Source of the DNA: Auanema rhodensis
Lineage: Eukaryota; Animalia; Nematoda
Length of the DNA stretch: 64,000 nucleotides
NCBI GenBank assembly: GCA_964057225.1
Contig: OZ059898.1
Location: 4,340,001-4,404,000, forward strand
Direction of reading: 5' to 3'
The notes below the pieces were generated by a model. The model was not told the DNA's origin. It was given only the letters and a program-made list of their open reading frames with translations, and searched no databases. Numbering within the stretch: position 1 is the first letter of the stretch; every line of letters begins with the position of its first letter. Both the position numbers and the translations under genes were made by a program. Shown here piece by piece: positions 29,201 through 42,118 of this stretch.

Positions 29201-29316
29201 AGCCAGACAAACAAAGACCTAACTTTTTCCGTATGATCATCTCTAATCAAGCAATAACCAAGCCAGATCTGGATTTCCTTATCCAAGAAATTATTGATAT
29301 TGGTGAAAATTTGTAA
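26221..29316 (+). CDS. unc-25: Glutamate decarboxylase (GAD), PLP-dependent, about 14 exons
   Basis: [69 protein letters not shown] (PLP lysine), [39 protein letters not shown]. Confidence 0.97.
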
Positions 29317-29652
29317 AAGCTTTGACTTACCAAACTGATGTTTTAAAATTAGAAATATAGTTTGCTTTAACTTAAATAATTAAGCTTAGCTTTCATTTAT
29401 TATTTAATTATTATTACTGTTTAGAGAAACAAAGCTTTTCTGAATAGTTTATTAATCACAGAATTGATTATTATTTTACAAAATTCACAAAATATTATGT
29501 TTGTTCCTTAGTTAATATAATATTTAATCAAGTATGGCATTTAGAATGAAGTATTTTTGTAATTTAATTACTTTTCGTAGCATTTTATAAACAAAAGAAA
29601 TATGTCAAATCACAATTAGAATCTATACATCAAAATTCTGAAAGCAGATCTT

Positions 29653-30956
29653 TTAATTTTCACCTCGGATTGATAAACGAGAACGACGAAGTTGATGAAC
29701 ATCAGCCATTGAGATGTCTCTTTCCTTTAAGACTCGAATAAAGCGGCTTTCAGCATTTGGTTCTATCTTATAAATCAACATTGGATCTTGAACTGAAAAA
29801 AATAAAATTAAAATTAAAATATAAATATATTTACATAGAACTCGGGTGAAGATTCCAGCTTTTTGGGCATTCCAGAAATCTTTGTTAACCAAAAACGTAG
29901 AAGAGTACTGAAAACATAAATACTTTGAGCAAGATATAAAACTTTTCAAAAAAATACATTTGGGTCATCTCGCTCCAATCCCCATACAGTAGCTAATTTT
30001 CTTCGATCAGGAATTGTAAATTGAATTATATTACTCTTCGATGAGCCCGAAAAATGAATCAGATGCTCATATCGAGGATCAACAAGTAGTTCCAGCACGA
30101 ATTCGTGAAATCGTTTCATGCTTGCATCTTAAAAGTTGAAAGTTAAAGTTTTTCCATAAAAAAAGAACGAGAAAACCTCTTCTCCTTCTCTTGCTAGCGC
30201 TTCTATCAAACTCTGATTTTACATTCTGACTCTCTGAATAAACTGAAACAAAATATATTTTTCAAAATCAAAGAAATAGAAACAAACTCGACGTTTCAGA
30301 AGGTTTTAAATCATCATCATATGCTGATCCATTTAAGGAGGTATTAAACTTTTTATAAATATCAACTAAAATACAATATATTTTATATTTTATTATAATA
30401 ATATAACTTACACGATGAAGGGTAGTTTGATAACGGTGTACTACAGTTTTGAATGCAACTCATTTCGCTTCTTTTGCCCAAATTCTCTATTGGACGCTCA
30501 GAACACATAGAACTATCCAAATTTGATTCTAATTCAATCTTTATTGGTCGACATGCTTCGATATTTTCCAATTCATTGAGATGAACAGAAACTGATAATA
30601 GTGAGAACGTATCTATACAGAAATAAATTGTTTACCTTTACAACTAGGAGTCATCTCATGAAGAATCGGTGATTTGATAGGTGATGATCCCGATGAGGAA
30701 GAACTGGATGATGTTCCAGTAGAATGAGGCTTAATAGCACAAGAGCATTCTTCTGGTTTTCCTTCACTGCATGAAGATAATTTTTGAAGATCATCCACAA
30801 TCTTAAACGGTTTTATCTGATACATTGCCTGAAATAAAATAAAAACTTAATAATATTCTTTTTAAAAAAGAAAAGTTATAAACTAACCAATAGAGCTAAT
30901 ATTTCTGCATATTCTTCTTCAGTTTTACATTCCATTACAAAGAAAGATTTATCCAT
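29653..30956 (-). CDS. Divergent ETS-domain-like protein, 8 exons
   Basis: Phase-consistent model from ATG 30956 (MDKSFFVMECKTEEEYAEILALL). Ser-rich linker and KRRRR basic patch, then FHEFVLELLVDPRYEHLIHFSG..QFTIPDRRKLATVWGLERDDPNY..AGIFTRV..MLIYKI, which aligns by eye to the ETS consensus LWEFLLELL.D..Y..II.W.G..F...D...VA..WG..K..PNM. Confidence 0.7.
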
Positions 30957-31966
30957 GGATTCACAAGAGCGTAGAAAATTTTAAAAATTCTACAAAATTG
31001 AAATATTTCTTCAAAAACAATTATAATAAAGTTTAATAATCTAATATAACACTTATATTACGTGTTAAAAAAATAAAAAGATAATTACTACATCTAGTAG
31101 TATTGATAAATCCATTCATTAATGATCTTTGTAGTCATTTTTTTAAACTTCAAATTAACAATATATAATCATATATTGATTATTTTTCAAATACTCTTTA
31201 GAAATAATAAATAATTTCTTTTATATTAATAATTTTTATCATATATATTTGTTAACATGACCACTATATGTAGTATTATCATCTTTTACGGTAGTACATC
31301 TAATCTTATTAGTTTATAGTTTCATGCCAGCAATCTTTACAGTATAAAATTTGCGTGTTGTTTGATCTTGGTGTACATACATACATTGAAGAATTCGGTT
31401 CATTTTACTTCACATTGAGTTGGAACATTTTGAATTGTTTAAATATGATAATTATAAATATATATTTGTTTATGAATTATTTTGAATATAAATTAATTTG
31501 TTTTATATAATATATATTTGATGAACTAATTATAATTCATAGTTTTTGGTTGTATAAGTTACTAGAATTTGTTTATGAAACTATTATAATATAAACAATT
31601 TCATCTCTCTTCTTTATAAAGCAAAATTCATTACTTTCTCAACTAAAATATTTTATTCAATTATATTAAATTTTATATTTTCTTTTATAATATTTATGTG
31701 ATAAGTATACTTCAAACGAAAAACTTGTATAAAATATTTTATTGAAAAAAAAGTGAAAAAGAATGTTGTATTGTCATATGTATTCAAATAAAAAATACAT
31801 GTAACTCTTCCGTTCTTTGCAATCTTCTTAGAAAATAATGTGGTAAAGAGATATTCCTTCTTCATTTTTTCTTGTTTCTGTGATCGAATGGATAAATAAT
31901 AAATAATGAACTATAAAGAAGAGAGAAATATAACAATTTAGAGAGTATGAGGAATATAAGTTTGTT

Positions 31967-31968
<2 letters not shown>

Positions 31969-32025
<57 letters not shown>
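31969..32025. repeat. (GA)n microsatellite
   Basis: Perfect GA run; others at ~44991-45039 and ~51414-51466, and (CT)n at ~49316-49348. Confidence 0.9.
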
Positions 32026-32028
<3 letters not shown>

Positions 32029-33559
32029 TGAACACTAAAGGATATATGACAATGTAGAATAGGATTAATAGCTAAAAATATCATATTCTGTCAAAACTTT
32101 AAAATAATGCTTTATGTCGATTACCCATGCATTATAGTATTTGACTATATAATCATTTTTGAATTTTTACATATGTATATAGTACATATTGACTATTTTA
32201 AGCATAATATTTTAGCTTTTTCTATTATATTTTCTATATACAGTAATATATAATATGGGATGAATAATGATAAGACTTTCATGAATAATTCGATAATTTT
32301 GTTATTTCAATGAATTTTTGTTAATCTCTTAACCTTACTTGTCACTAAAATGTAAAACTTTCTCTAAAACTTTTGTCTATTTTTTGTAAAATTCACATAT
32401 AAATATATAGTATACATAGTATATATAGTATATTAGTTTAGTATATATATATAGTATATTGGTTTATAAAAATAATCTCTTATTTATCTGAATGTTAGAT
32501 CCAATAATCACATTTTGGTCGGCTTGTCTTTCATTTCAACTGGAATAATTTAAAAAAAGAAGTATTCTTCGTTGAAGTAAAGTAAATAGAACGTCTAAAG
32601 AATCTTTTCAACATTAAAGATACATAAAATATCTCTTTTAACGTTTATATAGTTTTCGAAACGTTAAATTTCTTTTTTTAATGATAAATTCTTTTAATTA
32701 CATTTAAAAATTTAGTTAATAAAGTAAATTAAAATTGTTTCTTTTTAATGTTTTTAAGATTCTTTTGTATTATTTATATATTGAAAATATCACACATAAT
32801 ATAAACAAACATGTGTTGTTGGTTAAACATTTAATGTTTCAACATTATTTCATTCTTATACAATATTTGGCTTTTATTTCTCTTTTTTTCTCATTTGGTG
32901 CTCTTATGTCATTTTTTAAAATAAGTTTACTGCTCATATTATTCTTTAATTATAATGTTTTTAAAACTATATTATATAATATTTATTGATAACAAAAAAC
33001 TTTTGTTTTTTTTCAATTTTTTAACAAATGTTTGCCCTAAGCCTCCAAAAACTCTAGGCTGTGAATAAGCCTAAGCCTAAGTCTCGAACAGAAACCGATA
33101 AAAGTCCAATATTTATAAAATATCTTCATGAAATTTTGAAATCTTATTGTTAAATATTTAAATTTTGAAAAATTATATGAAATTATAGATATGCTTTAAA
33201 TAAAAAAAGTTATACAAACCATGAGTCGGATACTATCAGCAACTAAACGGTCACTTTGGATTTTATTCTTTTGTGGTATTATTGTAATATTAACAACACC
33301 AACAAAGGTTTTATTAGGACTAGATAAGTTTGAATTTAGATATTCTGAGGTAAATTTATATATAATAAATATAATTATTTGACTTTCCTGCAGACGTTGC
33401 CCCATAAACTCACCCCCCCCCCCATCATTTTTACAAAAAATGAGGGGTGATGGAAGGGGGGGGAATGTATTAGGTTCGAAAGAATGTTCTTGCGGCATAT
33501 AACAAAAAAATTCAAATTTATTTTTTTTCAAATAACAATTACAAATCAATCAAAAGTAT

Positions 33560-34050
33560 TCACTTTTTTGACCTCATCAACATTCTTAAATACCATACCT
33601 TCAATATAACTAGTTAAATGTTTAAACAAGTGAAAATCGGTGGGGGACAAATCGGGTGAATAAGGAGGGTGGGTAGACATTCATAACCTAAATCAAAAAA
33701 TTTTTTCATCGTTGGTCTTGAGACATGGGGTCTGGCGTTCTCTTGTAGTTTCTTCTATTGACTAGTCCTGGCTTCAAACTCAATAATTTTTTAACGAATA
33801 TTCTTCTGCGCCTCGGAAAGTTCATGAGGCACCCATTTATCCAACTTTTTTACTTTTCCGAGTTTTTTCAAAAGAGGTAACGAAGTTGTATTACTCACTG
33901 AAAGTTCATCGACTAAGTTCCTTGAACTGATACTTGAATCCTTTTCCAAAAACTCGTCTAACGTTGTATTATCCAATATCGTATTTCTTCCTTTCTTGGC
34001 TTGATCTTCTAAGTTCACGAAATTTCTTGAACCATAATTGTTTGCCATTG
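33560..34050 (-). mobile_element. Decayed, internally deleted mariner (DD34D) transposase relic, cecropia/Hsmar1-like
   Basis: LGKVKKLDKWVPHELS, then ENARPH (DNARPH motif) and HPPYSPDLSPTDFHLFKHL. Frameshifts and a stop are present, and the first catalytic-Asp region is deleted. Confidence 0.92.
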
Positions 34051-34136
34051 CTCTATAATCTTTAAATTAAAAATTATATTGTGAGTTTATAAAAATAAGT
34101 GAAAAATTATATATTTTATCTTATAAAACATATATA

Positions 34137-34767
34137 CAGTCCTGTGCGAAGAACCCACACCCCTATGTTAGAGGCCCCAGAAAACCCCTTCAAACTACAA
34201 AAAAAATTTTTTTTTAATTTCAAAAATTTCGCGAGTTCATATAGTATATATTCAATGAAAATATATGTTAATATAACTAAAACTGATTTCAATGGGATTT
34301 CTAAATTTATAAGGAAAAACAGTGTTTTTTGACTATTTTGAATAATCTTTTTTGATTTAATAAAATTTGAAATTAGGAACATGTTAATTCATTTAAAATA
34401 TTTTAAAATGATTCTGAGCACAAAGCTCGATCAATAACTAAGTTTTTTCTGGATCATAGCTTCAAACAAGTAAGCTCCAACATCTGAATCTTACTGAATA
34501 TCTATGAAGAGAACTTGGTTAACGTACAACCAAATTCTCCCATTTAAAAGAAAAATAGACGTTTAGTGTACTCCTAACACTATATCAAAAGATTATGTTC
34601 GAAGTTTTGATGAAACTCATGAAATTCAGGAGAGAAGACTTCAAGCAGTTTATGAAAATTTCGGAGACTTCAGAAATTACTTCTAAACATGATTTTTAAA
34701 ATTTTAAAAATTTTTCTAAATTCATTATCGTTTTTAACACTCAAAATAGGTTTTTTGCACATGACTG
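34137..34767 (+). mobile_element. Internally deleted Tc1-like element with both TIRs and TA duplication
   Basis: TA|CAGTCCTGTGCGAAGAACC ... GGTTTTTTGCACATGACTG|TA (16/19 inverted match). Interior peptide relics NDSEHKARSITKFF, LNLTEYL*RELG and RRLQAVYENFG resemble Tc1 DNDPKH, DLNPIEHLW and RRCQAVI..G. Confidence 0.8.
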
Positions 34768-34938
34768 TAATTATTATTTTTGATTTTAACGCCCAGATAA
34801 TTCAAATTAATCAGATGAGTTTGAAAAATGCGCAAGAACATTCTGTGTAACCTAATATGTATGTGGCTACATCTGAAGGAACGTCTAATATTTTATATAT
34901 TTTATTAGAGAAAATATAAATATTTTTATTTTTTTAAG

Positions 34939-36788
34939 ATGAAATCATGTGTATCATACTTAGATACTAATATACAACCTAATACATTTAAGTTAATAAT
35001 AGATGAAGATTTTTTGAGTTCTTTATCACGAAACTACTGCTCAACATTTGGTAATATTATAATTATTCTTATATTTATAATAAATTAATTATTTTCTTTC
35101 AGATAAACCAATTAAAATAGCAATACCTTCTTTTGAAGCTGAAACAATCATATCAGAGCAATATCCCAATTTTCAAATTATTTATTTTGAAAATAGTAGT
35201 TTTACGGATTATTTCAAATTTTATGATGATGTTACACGAATGACACCAAAGTATTTCAATCTTATTTTCAAAATTTTTTTAATTAAACTATTTTTAGATT
35301 TGAATTGACTTCAATAAAATTGTTTCATATTCCAAAAAATTTGACAAGATTCTCCAATTTTTGGAAAAGATCAAAGCGAATTGAATGCCATAATTTAGCA
35401 ATTAATCGTACTTATGCACCTCCAAAATTACCTTTGAGATATTCAGTTGAAACACTTGCTAAATTACGTGATCTTCTAATTGAATTTGATATGTATGCTT
35501 ATTTGGAAGGTGGAACATTACTAGGTTTGTTACTTTTTTGTTTTGAATTTAGTATTAATAAGCGTTTGATTGATTTATGTATATTTAAAAAACTGGCGGC
35601 TCTTCTTTACAATACCGGGACCATTACTATACCCCCCCCCCCCCTATTTTATACGTAATTGCGTATATTTTTTTTTAAAGTTGATCAAAACGAATTGGAG
35701 AGGAGAAAGAGGCTGTGGTCTTAGGTGGGGTTGGCATGAAACACCGATAAGGATCAAACTATTATTTTGATTGTTAAAGAATTTTATTGAATCGAAAACA
35801 AATTATTCTCATTTAGTAGTATTTTTTGGTGGACCCGAGCTTTTTCAAACCTTGAACATTATATTTCTTTTTAAGATACGGTAGACAACTGTGATTTCTT
35901 TTTTTTTTCTGATTTTTCGAGACCTTTTAGAGGTACATGTTTCACTCGTTTTTCCATCGTTTATGACTGTTTATGATCTGATAAGCTTGTAATATGACAT
36001 TGAATCAACCTTATCAATAATTATACCTTTGTCATAATAATTCAGATAGTGACCATATTACATAATAAGTGATTCTATCTATTAAACAGGTTGGTATAGA
36101 GAATGTACTGTGATCCCACATACCTTGGATATGGATCTCGCAGTTTCTATTGAGGAATTTAATCCAAGCTTTGAAAAATTTTTAAAAAGTTCGAATCGTA
36201 CATTCAAACTTCGAAGACATTTAGGAATGGTAAATTTTAAAAGAATAACAAGAAAAATAGTAAAATTTTAAATTTTAGTTAAATGATTCCTTAGAATATA
36301 CGGTCTGTCCTTTGAATTCTTTAAAGCCACCAATAGATATATTCTTTATGTATAATAATGGAAATCATTCATGGGTAGCAGGAACAGGTGGTAAAGGAGA
36401 GAAATACCGTTATATACTTCCTTTGTAATATAATTTTACAATTTTTAAAATCAAATTATATAATTAATTAATAGATATGATCCATACTGTGCTGCTGATC
36501 TACATGGTTATCTATTTTGGATAACATGTTCACCAGATAATGTTCTAAAGGTTATTATTACAATCTTTTTGAATTAAAAAAACATTTATTAATACAATTT
36601 TAATATTTTATATAAACTATATATAAACAAATTGATAATAATATTTATTTCTTTAGGTACAATACGGAAACAATTGGTTTGTTGATCATCCAACTAATAA
36701 GTATAGTTGGAATTCTTCACCCAAAAATGTTATAAAAGTTGGAAAATATGAAAAAAACGAACTTTCTGAAGCTATGCAGATTTTCTAA
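34939..36788 (+). CDS. Fukutin/LicD-family nucleotidyltransferase-fold protein (nematode-expanded family), 7 exons, 5' end uncertain
   Basis: YLEGGTLLGWYRECTVIPHTLDMDLAV, DSLEYTV, IDIFFMY, YDPYCAADLHGYLFWITCSP, YG..WFVDHPT.KYSW..SPKNV. No N-terminal anchor found upstream of 34939. Confidence 0.88.
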
Positions 36789-37331
36789 TGAATATTTTTT
36801 CTTGGATTTAATTAGTCAGAGATTAATGACAACGATTAGTAAAATGATAACAGTCTCACATGACAATCTCTATTTGATTAAAAGATGTATTATTATAATA
36901 TTGATTTTATTAATTAAAACAATGATGATTCATGAATACCAGTTAAAGTTAAATTGCAAAAAAAAGGAAAAAAAGAGGAACTAAGGAAAATAAAATATTT
37001 TATCAAAATGATTACAATCATCATGGTTTCATTGTCATGTTTTGAGTCATGAGATAATGATCTTAACACTCGAATATAGGAGGCGGGACAGTGAATTGTA
37101 ATTTGTGTCATGTCAGACGATGGTTGCCAATCATTTAAGATTAGATGTTACCGTATGCAACGTACCCACGTCTTTCTGCCGAATAAGTGTTAATAAAGTG
37201 AAGATTTTTCTAAGTTTTTTTTTTAAATTATAATAATTTCAATTTTTTTAAAGAAATAATCTTTATTTAGTGAACTTCAACCATTAAAATTGTAACTGGA
37301 TATTGATTGAAAAACAATAGATGTATAGAAG

Positions 37332-38353
37332 ATGAATCAAAATCTCCTTTATAAGTATGCAAAATGCAATTTAAATCCACAAGTATTAATGTATGTCAAC
37401 AAAATATATATTAATTATAATTATTATAGGAAAGACTAATGATGAACAATTTTCACTACTATGTTGCTCCAAATCCTATGGTTACTTCAATTCCTTTAAA
37501 TTCAATTCCTTCACATTTAACTATACCTTCATCTTTATCAGCAATAACATCAACTAGTGTTGCTCCCTGCTCCGATATGAATTCATCATGTAAATATTTC
37601 TTTTTTATTCTTATTCCTTCAAAAATTATTTTTCAGCCGACTCTTCAAATTGCCCTGACAAGACATTCAAAAGACGAGAAGCGAATAGACTTGCACAAAG
37701 AAAAAGTCGCTTAAAGAAAGATGAAATTAAAGAAGTAAATTTACAATTTATAATTTAAATTCTTATTTTTAAATATTCTAAAGCACCTTATACAAGAAAA
37801 TAATCGTTTAAAAGAAGAAATAAGACAACTGCGAGGACAGCTTAGTTTGTATAAACCTCACAACGAGAAGAAGATGAGTTTTTCAAGTGCAAAAGACTTA
37901 GACAAAGACTTTCATCGAGTTAGTTCAAAGTTTAATAATTAATTTCAAATTTTCAAAATATTATTATAGAAAATGGAAATGAAGAAACAGGTTCTTGAGA
38001 AAGTTGACATATTCGCAAACGAAATTAAAAAGGTTAGTAATATACATATACAGTATATTAAAAATTGTATACTAAAATGTTGATTTTTTGTTTTTTATTT
38101 TTAATTGTTTTTCAATCAATTTTAATGATTCTGTCGAAACATTTTAATGATTATTTCAATTTACTGATAACGTTTTTGTTTTCTATACGGTATAAAATTA
38201 TATATTATATTTGCTATATTATAGGATTTATTAGAAATGACAACTGAGGACAATGCTAAAGAATTAGAATTATCTTCCATTTCTTCAACTAATTTTTATC
38301 AAGCAGCACGAACAACAAGAGACTCTTCTATTGAAATGATGGAAATTAGATAA
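37332..38353 (+). CDS. bZIP-like transcription factor, 6 exons
   Basis: Basic region KRREANRLAQRKSRLKK (N-x7-R) followed by heptads L.QENNRLKEEIRQLRGQL. All introns are GT-AG and phase-consistent. Confidence 0.75.
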
Positions 38354-38477
38354 ATCTCAATTAAGTTAAGAACCCAATTTTTCTTCAAAATTTTTGGCTT
38401 ATTCCTCTGAGTTTTTTATCAATTTTCACTTTTTGGTTTTTTTCTTTATTGAGAAGAAGGTTGATTGAGTATAATTA

Positions 38478-38930
38478 AAAAAAAGCAAAATCGTCAAATT
38501 TTTTTTTTGTTCAAGTTTAAACTCAGACATACTGCTTCTTTAACTATTAAAAACATCAATGATGTAAGCAGACAAGACCATATTCTCAAATAGATTTTAC
38601 GTTTCATAAATTTCGGAACGAAGATATCAATTAGGAAGATTATTAAGATTGTGGTCGGCTTCACCCATTGATGAAGATGTTCTGAAGATTCTAGTTGAAT
38701 CAACGATCATAGCTTGATTCTGAACTTCACGTAAGTATATCAACCTTATCTGAGCATTTGAAGAAGTTTGGGAAATCAAAAACGCTGAAATTGTTCGAAA
38801 AGCGAGCAGTAGTAGAGAACGTATTTGAGGAGTTTTTTCGATTTTTCATTCATTCGATTGAGGTGCCAAAATTTTTTCAAACAAGCGATTGATAAGCTGA
38901 TTAAACGTGGGCAGAAAATTGAATGATAAC
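38478..38930 (+). mobile_element. Second decayed mariner relic (cecropia/Hsmar1-like): N-terminal HTH joined to extreme C-terminus
   Basis: KKQNRQIF..FKFKLRHTAS..IKNIN, FHKFRNEDIN*ED..CGR, IDEDVLKILVE, ELHVSISTLSEHLKKFGKSK, then FFKQAIDKLIKRGQK. Compare Hsmar1 KKQIRAIFLFEFKMG..HLKQIGKVKK and GINKLISRWQK. Multiple stops and frameshifts. Confidence 0.8.
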
Positions 38931-39451
38931 TAATTTGGTTGAACTCTTTTCAAGAATATAGTACAATGCTATATATTTATCTTCAAAGATTAAAAATTTG
39001 TGACATACATTTCTCCTTTTTTGTGTCTTGGATCAGTAATCTCAAATCAAGTGTTTTCTGGCGTAAAACGGATTCTCTCAACAGAATTCAAATTTATTAA
39101 AATAATACTAATAGTTTATTATTTTTTAAATTTATCTGGCATCATATTAAAACAAAGTTTTTTTTAAATTAAAAACATATTATAATACTAAAACAAAGAA
39201 AAACTTTTTTAATTTTATAAAAATGAGATTCTGAATCACATTGCTGATTGAAATGAAGAATGTCATTGAGGATAATGAGAGAATACTGAGTATGAAAAAA
39301 GAAAACAAATGAAATGTAGTAATCATTGAGCATATGAAAATTTTTTTTTGAAACAAATTATTATTATTATTGACCCAATGAAATGATATATTATTATTTT
39401 TAAAAAAAGAAAGAAAAGAAAGACTTTCATTGTGATATATTATGTATATTT

Positions 39452-42074
39452 TCATCGTCGAGGAGGTTGATAACCTCGGGGCATTCCAGGATAAAAGACG
39501 AAAGGTTGAGCAGGAACATATGGCCTCCATTGACCACCCATATTTGGCAATTGATTAGGCTCATAGAAGCCATTTCTTGAAGGAGTTTCCGAGGGAACAG
39601 AATTTATATGATATGAACGGCGAGGCGATTCACTTCGAGATGACTGTCTCTTCAAAAATGGATATTTAAATAATATTAATTCATGTGATTTGAACATACT
39701 GGACTAGGTGGAGCTTCGTAAATGGAATCATTACGTGAACTTGCTGAATGATCTTTTCTTCGTCGACGTTCAATTCTAGTTGATGCTGGAGGTTCTCCAA
39801 TTGATGTCTTAATTATATATATATATAATTATATTTAAATATAAAATATTATTACTTCACTATTTCTACGAGAACGACGTGAACGATGATACTTTTTAGT
39901 TTCTCCATATACAGTATTTGTAGATGATATAATTGGTGGAGGTGCTACAATACATTTTAAAACATTTTAAGTTATAAAATAAAATTTATACCAATCGCTA
40001 AATAGTTTGGTGGTGATGGATGAATTGCTGCTGGTACAGAATAAGCATATGAAGCTTGATAGATTCTAATATAAATTATATTTATATATTATAATATATA
40101 TATATATATATTTACCCTTCATTTGAATGAACAATTCTTCCTGTTGTTGGAATATAGTAAATTGAATTTTCATCATCTACATCACAACAGCATTCATAAC
40201 ATGAAAAGGTAAAGCAGGAAATTGATGAATGTTCAGACAAGAAAATCATTAAGCTAAATAGAAATAAGTAAATATCTTTTTTTAAATATTTAGTTTATTA
40301 ACTTACTTTGGCAGGAAGAATAAATAATGAATAACACATGCTGCTGAATTAATAAGAAGAACTTTCCAGATATGGTACACGATGGGAGATCCAATTAGGA
40401 AGAGTGGTAAGTAACTAACTATAGGTACTGCACAAGCAAATACTACGGGGTATAAAGTAGCCTATAATGTAAAATAATTATAATTATCTTTTATTTTGAT
40501 AATAAATACTTGGAAAGTATATTGAATACGAGTTACAGCACGTTGTTGACCACGACCAGAAGCGGAATATGAATAACAGAATGATATAACGATAACACAC
40601 GTTAAAGCATTACCTATAAATATAAAATAAATTATATTTTATATAAATAATAATATAACTAACCAGCAAGAATCATTGTAAATGTAATAATATTTAAAGG
40701 AACACCCCAAAGTGTAGCATATCCAATAGATTCCATTACAACTTTAAAATAATAATTTTAATAAATAAAAATAATTGAAATTACCAGCAGCTGATGTAAA
40801 AAGAAGAAGGAAAGTTAAGGCAGGTTGTCCAAAACATAAAAGTGAAAATAGGAATAAGCAAACCATTAAAATTCCAAGAGCAACCAATACAATACTAATA
40901 GTCTAATATAATAAATAATATTAATTATATATAAAATATAAATGAAATTACCTGCATATCATGAAGAAGTGATAAGGTAAATGGTGCTTTGACAGATACA
41001 GGTAAATGATATATTGAAGCTTTATCTAATAATTGTTCAACCATATATCTTCTAAAATTAAAAAAAATATATAAATTATAAAGAGAAATATATATTTACC
41101 TTTCATTAACACCTTTAGCTGTTAATTCTAAATACATACGTGATCTAACTATTTGTGTTTGAAAACGATCAAATGTTATATCAGATGTAAATCTTTTATA
41201 TGTATCAGTTGTTAAAAATACTAAATTAACAACTGGAACAAATGTATCCTATAATATTAATTATTATTATTATTAATTATTATAATTATATCTTACTGTA
41301 TTTACATCATATATACTGTCTTTTTCAAATTTTTTGAATTCATTCAACCAACTTATACTACGAGCAGCAAATCCATTTGTCTATATAAGATTTAATTTTT
41401 TAATTTTTCAACTTTAATTTACCACAGCCCAATCCATTAATTCAGTTAATGATTTCTGAATAGCTTGATCATGATAATCAATAGGTTGATCAACAATAAC
41501 CTATATGAATATTTATAAAAAAATAAAATATTTAATTATAATCTTACTTCAAGATATTCTTTTGTTTTTCCATACATTTCTTTATATTCTTTTAAAAACA
41601 TACTTGGGGCTGATTCAGATGGAAGAAAGTATTCTTCACGTAAATCAACTCTGAATTTTTAAAAATTTATTTTGACAAAAATAAATAAATAAACATACTT
41701 TACTGTTGAACATCCCCAAGCAGCTAATAAGAGATAAATAGTTCCAAAGAATACTAATGGATAACGAATTCTTGATACAATCAATTGAGAAGCTAATGTT
41801 CTACTGATTGAAGGACGATTATCTAATAGCCGATCATGTAATGAAAACAGTGATGTTGTATCATAATCAGATAAATTTGGAGCTGAAAAATAGAAATATC
41901 TAAAGAAAAAAAAAGTTTTTTTTTTCGAAGTTTTGTGCGGTTTGAGCTTATAAATATTATTTTTAAAAATCTAAACTTTAAATATTTGTTATAGTAGTAT
42001 ATAAAACAAAACAAAATTTCAACAACAAACAATCCTGAATAAACATTTTTTTCAAATTTTAACTAATTTTAGCT

Positions 42075-42118
<44 letters not shown>

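Noticed and set aside
30613-30635. Apparent 23-nt micro-intron in the ETS-like gene (similar case at ~60469-60491 in tra-1)
   Set aside because: In-frame alternative sites give ordinary 44-45 nt introns.
33034-33081. GCCTAA telomere-like hexamers
   Set aside because: Only about two tandem units; too short to call an interstitial telomere.
33390-35700. Solo TIR-like starts followed by poly-C (33391 and 35610)
   Set aside because: They resemble Tc1-type ends, but I found no matching partner TIR.
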